Positions 19,284 to 28,574 of a stretch of DNA of 46,280 nucleotides are shown piece after piece (within the stretch, counting starts at the first letter, position 1; every line of letters begins with the position of its first letter). This DNA is from Acidimicrobiales bacterium. Lineage in GTDB: Bacteria; Actinomycetota; Acidimicrobiia; Acidimicrobiales; CADCSY01. The DNA lies in contig JBBSLT010000003.1 in NCBI GenBank assembly GCA_038233555.1, positions 1 to 46,280 on the forward strand. The letters run 5' to 3'. A program made the translations under genes and the position numbers. The notes beneath the pieces are model-generated. The model was not told where the DNA came from and made no database searches. It was given only the letters and a program-made list of their open reading frames with translations.

Positions 19284-19883
19284 GTGCATGATGGGATCGA
19301 CGATTGGCCGAGCGAGGAGCAGCCCGTGGATTACGAATTTCGGGGTCCGGGAGTCCAGAACAAGCCGCAGACCAAGGGCAGGCCCCGCCGGAAGGCACCG
19401 CTTCACGCCGAGCGGTCACCCCAGTCCCAGTCGCAGTCCTCACACCGTTCGTCCTCTCGTAGCGTGGTCCAGATCCTGGCCGCCGTGGTAGGAGCGGTGT
19501 TCCTGCTGCTCGGGATTCTCGGCTTCATCCCGGGGGTTACCACCAACTACGACCAACTCGGGCTCATCGGACCCGACTCCCAGGCGCTGCTCCTCGGTCT
19601 CTTCAAGGTGAGCGTGGCGCACAACATCGTCCACCTGGCCTTTGGGGTGGTGGGCTTGCTCGCCGCCTCCCGGGCCGCGGCCTCGGTCGGCTTCCTGGTA
19701 GGCGGCGGGCTCCTCTACGGTGTCGTGTTCATCTACGGCCTCCTCGTCGAGCGGGGCAGCGACTTCGACATCCTGCCGGTCAATGACGCCGACAACATCC
19801 TCCACCTGGGCCTGACGATCGGCATGATCTCCCTCGGGGTGGTCGGTGCCGCCCTGTTGCGGCGCGACCGGGGCCGAGCCTGA
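19284..19883 (+). CDS. DUF4383 membrane protein
   Basis: GILGFIPGVT..LLGLFKVSVAHNIVHL..PVNDADNILHL; start uncertain. Confidence 0.8.
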   Translation: MHDGIDDWPSEEQPVDYEFRGPGVQNKPQTKGRPRRKAPLHAERSPQSQSQSSHRSSSRSVVQILAAVVGAVFLLLGILGFIPGVTTNYDQLGLIGPDSQALLLGLFKVSVAHNIVHLAFGVVGLLAASRAAASVGFLVGGGLLYGVVFIYGLLVERGSDFDILPVNDADNILHLGLTIGMISLGVVGAALLRRDRGRA

Positions 19884-19899
19884 CGCCCGGCGAGGGCGA

Positions 19900-20457
19900 C
19901 TAGGAGAAGGTCGGGTCGACGAGGAGGCCGGAGATCGCCTTCACGACCGGCTCGACCGCCGGGCCGGTCTCACCACCGAGGGGCTCGAGGGTGAAGAAGA
20001 TCTCGGTTCCTGTGGCTCGACCCTGCAGGCTGGCCAACAGCGAGCAGGCGATTCCCTCGTCGGTGGTGACGATGGTGTCGAGGAGACGGGCGTCGGGATC
20101 GAGGTAGGTGATCTCGCCGATGCCGTGGGCGACTTCGACCAGGCGCCGGTACACCTCGTCCGACGGTCCGGCGACGTACAGGCTGTCGCCGTCGTTGACC
20201 ACTCCAACCGCATCGCCCGGGCGTCGCTCGGTCTGGTCGGAAAGCGTCGTCGGCGCCTCGACATCCGGTTCCGGCGGGGCGTTGCGCAGGGTGGCGTAGG
20301 CCTCGACCAGCAGCCCTGTGGCCCGGCCCGCCCGGGCATCGTGGGGAACGATGTCGGGATGAGCGAGACGCAACCGTGAGCGGAAGGCTGTCCGCACCTC
20401 CTCGGGGGAGGCATCGATGCCCACGCCGAGGGTCCTGCGGGCTTCGCCACGGTCCAC
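19900..20457 (-). CDS. J-domain protein with uncharacterised C-terminal domain
   Basis: EARRTLGV..EVRTAFR..HPD..EAYATL. Confidence 0.8.
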   Translation of the reverse strand: MDRGEARRTLGVGIDASPEEVRTAFRSRLRLAHPDIVPHDARAGRATGLLVEAYATLRNAPPEPDVEAPTTLSDQTERRPGDAVGVVNDGDSLYVAGPSDEVYRRLVEVAHGIGEITYLDPDARLLDTIVTTDEGIACSLLASLQGRATGTEIFFTLEPLGGETGPAVEPVVKAISGLLVDPTFS

Positions 20458-20472
20458 GGTGGCTCGTCGCGG

Positions 20473-22029
20473 CTAGGAAGGTGGGGTCTGGCGGCGGACT
20501 TGGTTGGCAGCTTCCATGGTGCAGCGGGGGATCACCGGGGCGTCCCGTCCCGTGCCCCGGCTGGCGGAGGTGGCCGTGGTAGAGGTCTGCTCCTCGTGGT
20601 AGTCCTCCTCCACGTTCACCGTCCAGATGTCATGCGAACCGGTGCCGAGGATGTTCTCGACGCTCAACATGGCTGTAAGCATCGAATGGTCCTGGTTGTT
20701 GTACCGGTGCATCCCGTTGCGCCCGACCGGATGCACGTTGGAGGCGTTGTCGGCCAACCAGCGGCGGAGGACCTCGACGTTGGCCTGGTAGTACTCGTCG
20801 TAGACGGGATAGGCCTTGGGCATGCGTACGACGTAGCCGGCCTCGACCTTGCCCGGCCCCACCAGGCCGAGGACGTTGAGCTCCAACTTGGCCAGCTCGA
20901 TGAGATCGGCGTCGTCCATCGTCCAGTGCTCGTCGCCCTCGAACACGAAGTACTCGAGACCGAGGCAGGTCCGGTCTTCCTTGATGAGGTAGGGCGACCA
21001 CGATCCGAAGTTCTGGATCCTCCCCACCTTCACCTTTGGAGAGTGGATGTAGATCCAATTGTCGGGAAACGAGTACTCCTCGGGCACGACGAGGGCGACG
21101 GTGAGGAAGTCGCGAAATTGCAGATCGTCGGCGGCCTTGCGCACGTCCGCCGGGACAGGCGGCTCCATGGCCCGCACCAGGTGGGGAAATGGCATGCTCG
21201 ACACCACGCTCGTGCAGGCCAGGGTCACCTCCGTGCCGTCGGCTGATTCGGCGACGACCTCATAGGCCTGGCCGTCTCGATGGCGGACGGTGCGAACCTT
21301 GGTCTCCATGCGGATATCGCCGCCGCCTGCCTGCACCTTGTCCCGACAGGCTTCCCACATCATCCCGGGTCCGAACTTCGGATACTGGAACTCCTCGATC
21401 AAGGAGGTGATGTCTTTCTGGTTGCGCTTGGGCACCAGGGCGTTGATGATCGCCTTCGACAGCGACAGGTTCTTGATCCGCTGGGCGGCGAAGTCGGGCG
21501 AGATCTTGCTGGCCGGCACCCCCCACAGCTTCTCGTTGTAGGTCTTGAAGAAGTGCTCGTAGAGTCGCTTGCCGAAACGGGCGGAGATCCACCCCTCGAG
21601 GCTCGACTCGTCGGGCGGTCGCATCCGGGCCCAGGCGTAGGACAGCACGCAGCGTGTCGCCTCCACGACGCCGAGGTTGCCCAGCGCATTCGAGGCCTTG
21701 AGGGGGTAGTCGTAGTACTTGCCGTCGTAGAAGATACGGCTCATGCGGGGCCGGAGAAGGAAGTCGTCCTCGGGAAGGATCTCGTGCCAGAGCGCCTCCA
21801 CCTCGGGCACCTTGGTGAAGAACCGGTGACCGCCGATGTCGAAACGCCAGCCGTCGCGCTCGACGGTGCGGCTGATGCCGCCGACCACCTTGTCGGCCTC
21901 CAAGACGATCGGCCGCTCTCCTGCCTTGGAGAGCTGGTATGCAGCCGTCAATCCCGCTGGTCCGGCGCCGACGATGATCACGTCGCGGTTGGGACCGGTC
22001 GAAGTACGCTCGTCGTCGTCAGGGGCCAT
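20473..22029 (-). CDS. FAD-dependent oxidoreductase (HemY/UGM-like fold)
   Basis: GAGPAGL, FDIGGHRFF, AYPVYD, GRNGMHRYNNQDHSM. Confidence 0.88.
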   Translation of the reverse strand: MAPDDDERTSTGPNRDVIIVGAGPAGLTAAYQLSKAGERPIVLEADKVVGGISRTVERDGWRFDIGGHRFFTKVPEVEALWHEILPEDDFLLRPRMSRIFYDGKYYDYPLKASNALGNLGVVEATRCVLSYAWARMRPPDESSLEGWISARFGKRLYEHFFKTYNEKLWGVPASKISPDFAAQRIKNLSLSKAIINALVPKRNQKDITSLIEEFQYPKFGPGMMWEACRDKVQAGGGDIRMETKVRTVRHRDGQAYEVVAESADGTEVTLACTSVVSSMPFPHLVRAMEPPVPADVRKAADDLQFRDFLTVALVVPEEYSFPDNWIYIHSPKVKVGRIQNFGSWSPYLIKEDRTCLGLEYFVFEGDEHWTMDDADLIELAKLELNVLGLVGPGKVEAGYVVRMPKAYPVYDEYYQANVEVLRRWLADNASNVHPVGRNGMHRYNNQDHSMLTAMLSVENILGTGSHDIWTVNVEEDYHEEQTSTTATSASRGTGRDAPVIPRCTMEAANQVRRQTPPS

Positions 22030-22073
22030 GATGGCTCGCTCGGTAGGCAGTCGGGCGCTGGAACCCTAATGAC

Positions 22074-23843
22074 TCAGGCGGGGAAGGACAGCGACAGGGC
22101 GAAGTCACCGGCTCTGTCGGTCCACCAATGCGCCAAGCGCAGGCCGGCGGCGGCCAGCTCGGCCTCGACGCCCTCTCGGCGGAACTTGGTGCTGATCTCG
22201 GTGCGCATCTCCTCGCCCTCGGCGAAGTCGACCTTGAGGTCGATCCCGGCCAGCCAAGCCGTCTGGTTCGCCAGTGAGCGCAGCCGCATCTCGATGCACT
22301 CAGCCTCGGCGTCCCAGTGGGCGACGTGGGCGAAGCACGACAGGTCGAAGTCGGCCTCGAGCTCCCGATTGAGCACCGACAACACGTTGGCGTTGAAGCG
22401 GGCGGTGACGCCAGCGGCGTCGTCGTAGGCAGCCACCAGGCGAGTTGGATCCTTGACCAGGTCGGTGCCGAGCAACAGCCCTTCACCGGGAGCCATCCCC
22501 CTCGCCACCTCGTTGAGGAACGCGCTGCGCTGGTTTGGATCGAGATTGCCGATGGTTCCGCCCAGGAAGGCGACCAAGCGTCGGCCCCCCCCGGGAAGGT
22601 GGCGAAGGTGGTGCTCGAAGTCGCCCACCACGGCGTGGACGCTGACGTCGGGATAGGCCACGGCCAGCTCGTCAGCTGCGGTACGCAGGGTGGTCTCGCT
22701 GACGTCGAAGGGCACGACCCGGGCCAGCGTCTTGGCGCGAGCCAGGGCGTCGAGCAGCAGACGGGTCTTGGCCGAGGTTCCCGAGCCCAGCTCGACGAGG
22801 GTGTCAGCCGGGCAGGAAGCGGCGATCTCGTCGGCTCTGTGCTCGAGAATCTCGGTCTCGCACCGTGTCGGGTAGTACTCGGGGAGGCGGGTGATGGCGT
22901 CGAAGAGTGCCGACCCTTCAGCGTCGTAGAACCACTTGGGAGGCAGCCACTTCGGGTCGGAAGCCAGGCCTCGGCGGGCGTCGGCGCACAGGGCGCCGGC
23001 GATGTCGCGACCTTCGAGGTGGACGTCGATGCGCACGCCAGCGTCGTCGGACCGCGTGGCTCGGCTCCCATCACCGCTGTCGCCCCGGTGATGGGGGAGG
23101 GGGGAGACGCTCAGCCCGTCGCCGTCGACGTCGACCACCGAGCGGTCGGCCACCCTGGTCCAGCGCCGATCATCGTCCCAAGGCTCTGACGCCACCACCA
23201 CCCCGCTCCCCTCGTGGCGACCGTCGAGGAGAAACAGCGTGTCATCCCACGCCGTGGCGGCTAGGCGCAGGCCGTCGGTCAGGACCAGGTTCAGTCGGGC
23301 CGGCGCCACCGACGTGACGGTGGCCACGCCCGTCGCCAGCGCCTCGGACAGGCTGGCGCCGGCGTCGAGGGCATCAAGGACCAAGGCGAAGATGACCTCG
23401 CTGTCGCTGGTCCCCTCGATCCCGGCGAGGCGTCCGGGCGAGAGCTGGCGGCGCAAGGCGACGCCGGCGCTGCCGGCAAAGTCGTGCACCGCCCCGTTGT
23501 GGGCGAAGAGCCAGGGTCCACTGGTGAACGGTGGGGATCCGCTCTCTTCGACCGCGGCCGGCGGCGTGGCGTCGCGCACGGCGGCCACCACCGCAGGTGC
23601 TCGCACCAGCCCGGCCAGGCTCGCCAGCGAATGATCGGACCAGATCGGGCGGTCGCGGCGGTAGCGGGCCGGCTCGGGGCGCACGGCGTGGTCGTACCAA
23701 CCCACGCCGAAACCGTCGGCGTTGACACGGCCGTGGCGCTGGTGTCGGGGGGCGAAGGACTGGCGCACCAATGAGTGCTCGGGGACGTACAGCAGGGATT
23801 CGAGGCTGACGGCAGGGCCGAGGTAGGCGAGGAAGCGACACAT
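22074..23843 (-). CDS. egtC-egtD: Fused EgtC (Ntn amidohydrolase) and EgtD (histidine N-alpha-trimethylase)
   Basis: N-terminal MCRFLAYLG, NADGFGVGWY, HNG, TSDSE; C-terminal LPPKWFYD, EYYPTR, ELGSG, GGTIGN, AYDD, TEISTKF; no stop between them. Confidence 0.92.
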   Translation of the reverse strand: MCRFLAYLGPAVSLESLLYVPEHSLVRQSFAPRHQRHGRVNADGFGVGWYDHAVRPEPARYRRDRPIWSDHSLASLAGLVRAPAVVAAVRDATPPAAVEESGSPPFTSGPWLFAHNGAVHDFAGSAGVALRRQLSPGRLAGIEGTSDSEVIFALVLDALDAGASLSEALATGVATVTSVAPARLNLVLTDGLRLAATAWDDTLFLLDGRHEGSGVVVASEPWDDDRRWTRVADRSVVDVDGDGLSVSPLPHHRGDSGDGSRATRSDDAGVRIDVHLEGRDIAGALCADARRGLASDPKWLPPKWFYDAEGSALFDAITRLPEYYPTRCETEILEHRADEIAASCPADTLVELGSGTSAKTRLLLDALARAKTLARVVPFDVSETTLRTAADELAVAYPDVSVHAVVGDFEHHLRHLPGGGRRLVAFLGGTIGNLDPNQRSAFLNEVARGMAPGEGLLLGTDLVKDPTRLVAAYDDAAGVTARFNANVLSVLNRELEADFDLSCFAHVAHWDAEAECIEMRLRSLANQTAWLAGIDLKVDFAEGEEMRTEISTKFRREGVEAELAAAGLRLAHWWTDRAGDFALSLSFPA

Positions 23844-23855
23844 GGATCTGTGACC

Positions 23856-25160
23856 TCAGAGGTCTCGGGCACAGCGCAGCCCGGCGAAGATCTGGCGGCG
23901 AATGGGATAGTCCCAGTTTCGAAAGGTGGTGCGCACGGCTGAGGGATGGGTGGCCCACGAGCCTCCACGCAAGACCTTGTACTCCGGGCCCCAGAAGACT
24001 TCGGAGTATTCGCGGTAGGGAAATGATCGAAAGCCGGGGTAGGGCCGAAAGTCCGAGGACGTCCACTCCCAGACGTCGCCCATCATCTGACGACACCCCC
24101 AGGGGCTGGTGCCGTCGAAGCTGGCGCCTGCGGAGGTGGGGCCGAAGCGGGCCTGGCCGAGATTCGCCTGGGTCGGCCCGGGGGCGGCGTTGCCCCAGGG
24201 ATAGCGCCGCTTGGTGAGCGTCGTCGGGTCCCACGACGCCGCCTTCTCCCACTCCGCCTCGGTGGGTAGGCGCTTGCCCCGCCAGCGGGCGTAGGCGTCG
24301 GCCTCGTACCAGCACACGTGCTGGACGGGCTCGTCGGCGGGGAGGTCGACGAGGAGGCCGAAGCGATCGAGGACCCAGGAGCCGGTGCCTTGGTACGCCC
24401 ATGTGCCCGGGTGCTCGAGCGCGGCCTCGTCGCGCCAGGACCATCCCGCTTCGGTCCACCACCGGGGTTGGTGATAGCCACCGTCCTCGACGAACTCGAG
24501 GTACTCAGCGTTGGTGGTGGGCATCGTGTCGATGGCGAAGGACGCCAGGTCGACCACGTGCGCCGGCCGTTCGTTGTCATAGGCCCACGGATCGGCGTCG
24601 CTACCCATGGTGAAGGCACCGCCGGTGACCACCACCTCCGCCGGCACCCCGAGAAGGGCGGATGCATTCTTCGCCGTCGCGAGGGTCACCTCCTCCGGCC
24701 GGTAGCCTGGACGCTCCATAAGCTGGAGCGTGGCCAGCATGGTCTCGTCGTGTTGGTGCTCGTGCTGCACCACCATCCGGTAGATGTAGCCGGCGTCGAG
24801 GAGCGGCTCGCCGCCGTCGAGCCGGGCGCCCTCCAACTGGGCCAGTGCCCGTCCCCGCACCTCGGCGAGGTAGCGACGGGCGCCGGCAGGGTCGAGCAGG
24901 GGCAGCAACGGTCGGTTGGCCCGGGCGTTGGAGAAGGCATCGTAGAGGTGGTCGTAGTCGGCACCCACGGCGTCAGCGCCCAGGGCCCGCACCAGCCACA
25001 GGTCCTCGAAGTTGGCGACGTGGGCCAGGTCCCAGGCCAGCGGCGACATCAGGGGCGAGTGTTGGCGGAGCAGATCGGCGTCGGCGAGGGGCTCGAGCAG
25101 TGTCAGCGACCGTGACCGGGCCTCGTCCAGCTCACGAACCAGCATCTCCTTCAGGTCCAC
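23856..25160 (-). CDS. egtB: Ergothioneine sulfoxide synthase
   Basis: MSPLAWDLAH, QHEHQHDETM, FGE-like domain, RNWDYPIRRQIF; RBS AAGGAG before GTG 25160. Confidence 0.96.
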   Translation of the reverse strand: MDLKEMLVRELDEARSRSLTLLEPLADADLLRQHSPLMSPLAWDLAHVANFEDLWLVRALGADAVGADYDHLYDAFSNARANRPLLPLLDPAGARRYLAEVRGRALAQLEGARLDGGEPLLDAGYIYRMVVQHEHQHDETMLATLQLMERPGYRPEEVTLATAKNASALLGVPAEVVVTGGAFTMGSDADPWAYDNERPAHVVDLASFAIDTMPTTNAEYLEFVEDGGYHQPRWWTEAGWSWRDEAALEHPGTWAYQGTGSWVLDRFGLLVDLPADEPVQHVCWYEADAYARWRGKRLPTEAEWEKAASWDPTTLTKRRYPWGNAAPGPTQANLGQARFGPTSAGASFDGTSPWGCRQMMGDVWEWTSSDFRPYPGFRSFPYREYSEVFWGPEYKVLRGGSWATHPSAVRTTFRNWDYPIRRQIFAGLRCARDL

Positions 25161-25170
25161 GGGATCTCCT

Positions 25171-26418
25171 TCAGCTCCACGATGCCGCCAGGGGACGATC
25201 GGCCAGGCGGGAGGAGCGCCAGCTTTCGAGGGTGTCGTCGGCGGGGCAACGCCCCCGCTCCACGAAGCGGTCGCTGAAGGCAGCCACGGTGGCCACGGTG
25301 GCGGCATCGGCCGAGAGTCGGGGCAGGGCTTCGAGGGCGGCGGCGAAGCAGGAGCGGGCCGCCGCGGCCAGGTTGGGATGGGCGAGGCCGTGCTGCGCCG
25401 CCTCGTCCCACAGGGCTCCCGTGCTGTCGCTGGCCAGCATCGCCCGCTCGGCCGCCTCGGGGTCGTCGAGCAAAGCGGCGCAGACGGCGGCGGCCACCGT
25501 CCACCAGGGATGGGGCAGGGAGTCGATCATGCGCAGCTCGAGCCAGCCCCGGGCCCGTACCGGGGGAAAGAGCGTACCCAGGTGGTATTCGAGGTCGTCG
25601 ACGGTGGGGAAGCCCAGCTCGTGGCCTTGGTCCAGCCACCGGGCGAAGGGCAGGGAGGACAAGATGGGCTCGTAGCGTTCGCCCGAGGTCCGGATCAGCA
25701 TGACCCGGGCGTCGAGGGCATAGCGAGTCCACGCCTCCGCCGGGTCGAGGGTGTCGTCGATGGCCGGCTGGGTGCGGGTGGGGTCGATGCCGGCCCAGGC
25801 CCGAGCTCGCCCGGAGCGCCAGGCCTGGGGTGCGTCGCCGGGCATCGGGGAGTTGGCGAAGGCGGCGAGCAGGACCGGACCGAGGCGGTGGGCGAGATGC
25901 CAGCGCGTCGCTTGCGCCCGCTCGTCGGCGCCGATGTCGAGGTTGACCTGCAGCGCAGCGGTGCTGCACATCATGGTGCGCCCGCAGGGTCCGGCGTGGT
26001 CGAGGTAGGCGGCCATGGCGGCGTAGCGGGGGCTGGTGACGACGAGCTCTTGGCAGGACTGCGGATGGAGACCGACAGCGACAAGGTCGACGCCGAGGCG
26101 CTCGACCTCCGGATCGACCACGGCCAGGTCGTCGGCGAGGACGGCGCAGGCGGCTGAGGGGCCCGGACGGGGAGGGGAGCTGACCTCTAGCTGCCCGCCG
26201 GGCTCGTAGGTGATGTGGCTGCCCCCGGGAAGGGGGCCGATGGCGGCGGTGGCCTGGCGCACGGCGTGGTGGTCGAGTGGCCCCGCGCTCCCGGTGGCGG
26301 GAAGCAGGTGTCGCTCCAGCTCCAGGCCGACCAGACCGCCCTGAGCGGGAGCGAAGCAATGCTCACGGACGAAGGTCTTGACGTCGGCCGCCCGCAGGCG
26401 ACGATGAGGGCTGGGCAC
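25171..26418 (-). CDS. egtA: Ergothioneine glutamate--cysteine ligase
   Basis: VGLELE, TYEPGGQLEVSS, MMCSTAALQVNLD, FANSP, TLFPPVR..WLELR; start GTG 26418 or ATG 26457. Confidence 0.93.
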   Translation of the reverse strand: MPSPHRRLRAADVKTFVREHCFAPAQGGLVGLELERHLLPATGSAGPLDHHAVRQATAAIGPLPGGSHITYEPGGQLEVSSPPRPGPSAACAVLADDLAVVDPEVERLGVDLVAVGLHPQSCQELVVTSPRYAAMAAYLDHAGPCGRTMMCSTAALQVNLDIGADERAQATRWHLAHRLGPVLLAAFANSPMPGDAPQAWRSGRARAWAGIDPTRTQPAIDDTLDPAEAWTRYALDARVMLIRTSGERYEPILSSLPFARWLDQGHELGFPTVDDLEYHLGTLFPPVRARGWLELRMIDSLPHPWWTVAAAVCAALLDDPEAAERAMLASDSTGALWDEAAQHGLAHPNLAAAARSCFAAALEALPRLSADAATVATVAAFSDRFVERGRCPADDTLESWRSSRLADRPLAASWS

Positions 26419-26426
26419 CCGGCTGG

Positions 26427-26507
26427 CTACCGGTACCCGAATTGGGCGGCGACCCATTCGTCGTTCCGCACAGGGGGCAGCCAGATGTGCATGCTCGGAC
26501 GGTCCAT
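26427..26507 (-). CDS. Putative 26-aa upstream peptide MDRPSMHIWLPPVRNDEWVAAQFGYR
   Basis: GGGAGG RBS before ATG 26507; TAG at 26427-26429; TAACCT -10 at 26553-26548. Confidence 0.45.
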   Translation of the reverse strand: MDRPSMHIWLPPVRNDEWVAAQFGYR

Positions 26508-26616
26508 AGCGATCCTCCCGATCGATTGAGGGCAGATGGTCGCAGCCAGGTTAGATGCGCACCCACTCTTCCCCTCGTAGCCGCTTCTCACGCTCGACGA
26601 GGCTGGGGGGTGCTCC

Positions 26617-28053
26617 TCAGCGTCGGCGAAGACGGTCCCAAGCCCGCCCCGCCCGCACCAGGGCCGACCAGCGGCCGGCGCCGGCGAAGGCGGCCTCGGC
26701 GCCGAGTTGGGCGACGGAGGTGGCCAAGGTCGGGTAGACGTGGATGAGCGAGGCGAGGGCGGAAAGGGACAGGCCCTCTCTCATGGCCAGGGCCAACTCG
26801 TGGATGAGCTCCCCGGCGGCGGGGGCGAGGATGTGGGCGCCGACGATGGTCCCGTCGGCGGTGACGATGCTCACGCTGCCCTCGGAATGACCCTCGGCCC
26901 GGGCCCGGTCGGAGTGGCTCAGGTCGAGGCGATGCATCTCCACGGTGTCGCCGTGGCGCAGCCGGGCCTCTTCGGAGGTCATGCCCACGTGGGCCAGCTC
27001 TGGGTCGGTGAAGGTGCACCAGGGAACGAGATCGGCGACGGTTCCCCGCCCCGGAAAGAACATGTCGCGTACCGCCCGCACCGCCTCGTGGGCCGCCGAG
27101 TGGGTGAACTGGTAGCGCCCGGCCACGTCTCCGGCGGCATAGACAGACGGCACCGACGTCCTCATGCGGTCGTCGACCACCACCCCCCGAGGAGTGATCT
27201 CGATGCCGAGGAGCTCGAGACCGAGGTCGTCAAGGTTGGGCACCCGTCCGGTGGCCACGAGGATCTCCTCGGCCTCCCACCGACAGGACTTCCTGTCCTT
27301 CACGCCGTGGACCACCTTGGTCTCGCCTTCGACGGCCACGCCTTCGATCTCGACCCCGGTGTGCAGGTCGACGCCCTCGGCGCTGAGCAGTCGGCCGAGC
27401 ACGGTCACCAGCTCGGGTTGCTCACGGGCAAGGATGTGCGGCGACCGCTCCAGCACCGTGGTCCTCACCCCGAGACGGACCATGGCCTGGGCCAACTCGA
27501 TGGCGATGGGGCCACCCCCGACCATCACGAGCGACGACGGTGCTCGATCGAGGGAAAAGACCGACTCGTTGGTGAGGTAGCCGGCGTCGGTCAGCCCGTC
27601 GATGGGAGGGATCGACGGGTGACTGCCGGTGCACACAAGAACGAAGCGCGTGGACAGGTGGCGATCGCCGGCGACGACGGTGTGGGGATCAGCCAGCCGG
27701 GCCCGGCCTCGAACCACCTCGAGCCCGAGGGCCTCGAAACGCCCGGGACTGTCGTCGGTGGCGGCGATCTCGTCCTGGACGGCACGGATCCGGGCCCAGA
27801 CGGCGCCGGTGTCGACGTTCGGCTCCCGAGCCTCCACGCCCCATCGGTTGGCGTGGCGGACGGTGTGGGCCACCTTGGCCGAGGCCAGCAGGGTCTTGCT
27901 CGGCACGCAACCCGTCCATAGGCATTCGCCCCCGACGCGGTCGCTCTCGACCACCGCCACCCGCAAGGGAAGCGAAGCCGCGAACTCGGCCGCCACCATG
28001 CCTCCCGAGCCCATCCCGATGATCACCAAGTCGTAGCGTTGGGCACGGGCCAC
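26617..28053 (-). CDS. Pyridine nucleotide-disulfide oxidoreductase (MerA/LpdA-like, no C-terminal Cys pair)
   Basis: YDLVIIGMGSGG, GGECLWTGCVPSK, GGGPI, AAGD, HVYPT. Confidence 0.9.
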   Translation of the reverse strand: MARAQRYDLVIIGMGSGGMVAAEFAASLPLRVAVVESDRVGGECLWTGCVPSKTLLASAKVAHTVRHANRWGVEAREPNVDTGAVWARIRAVQDEIAATDDSPGRFEALGLEVVRGRARLADPHTVVAGDRHLSTRFVLVCTGSHPSIPPIDGLTDAGYLTNESVFSLDRAPSSLVMVGGGPIAIELAQAMVRLGVRTTVLERSPHILAREQPELVTVLGRLLSAEGVDLHTGVEIEGVAVEGETKVVHGVKDRKSCRWEAEEILVATGRVPNLDDLGLELLGIEITPRGVVVDDRMRTSVPSVYAAGDVAGRYQFTHSAAHEAVRAVRDMFFPGRGTVADLVPWCTFTDPELAHVGMTSEEARLRHGDTVEMHRLDLSHSDRARAEGHSEGSVSIVTADGTIVGAHILAPAAGELIHELALAMREGLSLSALASLIHVYPTLATSVAQLGAEAAFAGAGRWSALVRAGRAWDRLRRR

Positions 28054-28072
28054 GGCGCAAGCGTACGCTGCA

Positions 28073-28294
28073 GTGGTGACCGACCCACGCATGGAGGACC
28101 ACGCCGTTGGCGTGGAGTTGCAGCTAACCGAGCTGGTTGAGAAGCGAGAGCGGGCCCTGGTGCAGGGACGAACCGACCGGGCCGAGGCGCTGACCGTCGA
28201 GATCGAGGTTCTCCAGTCCGAGCTGGCCTCCACCGCCGAGCGCATCGGCAACGAGCACTTCGAGGCCCCGGCCATCACGTCAGAGGAGACCTGA
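28073..28294 (+). CDS. Small helical hypothetical protein
   Basis: TACGCT -10 upstream; TGATG coupling to next gene. Confidence 0.6.
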   Translation: MVTDPRMEDHAVGVELQLTELVEKRERALVQGRTDRAEALTVEIEVLQSELASTAERIGNEHFEAPAITSEET

Positions 28295-28557
28295 TGGCCA
28301 GCGCCACGCCGTCTCCCACCCCCAACCCCGACGCCATGAAGTACACCCTCGACGGGCCGCTGGCGGCGCCCATGAACGTGGCCAGCGCCGAGGCGGCTGC
28401 TGCTGATGACAACGCCTTTGCCGTCGCCGTGTTCCAGACCGAGGGCGTGGCCTCGGTGTTCGCCACGGCCAACTTTGTCACCATCACCCGTACACCGGGC
28501 GCTGACTGGGAGCCCATTACCGCCGCCGTCCAGGCCGCCGCCGCCGAGCACCTGTAG
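28294..28557 (+). CDS. NifU/Nfu N-terminal domain protein
   Basis: TPNPDAMKY..GVASVF..NFVTITR..DW. Confidence 0.88.
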   Translation: MASATPSPTPNPDAMKYTLDGPLAAPMNVASAEAAAADDNAFAVAVFQTEGVASVFATANFVTITRTPGADWEPITAAVQAAAAEHL

Positions 28558-28574
28558 GGCCCCGTCTCCCGTCG

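Noticed and set aside
23856-25160. Selenoneine (SenA) or ovothiol synthase
   Set aside because: No senB/senC nearby and no C-terminal methyltransferase; the WDYPIRRQ motif with egtA and egtC indicates gamma-Glu-Cys-type EgtB.
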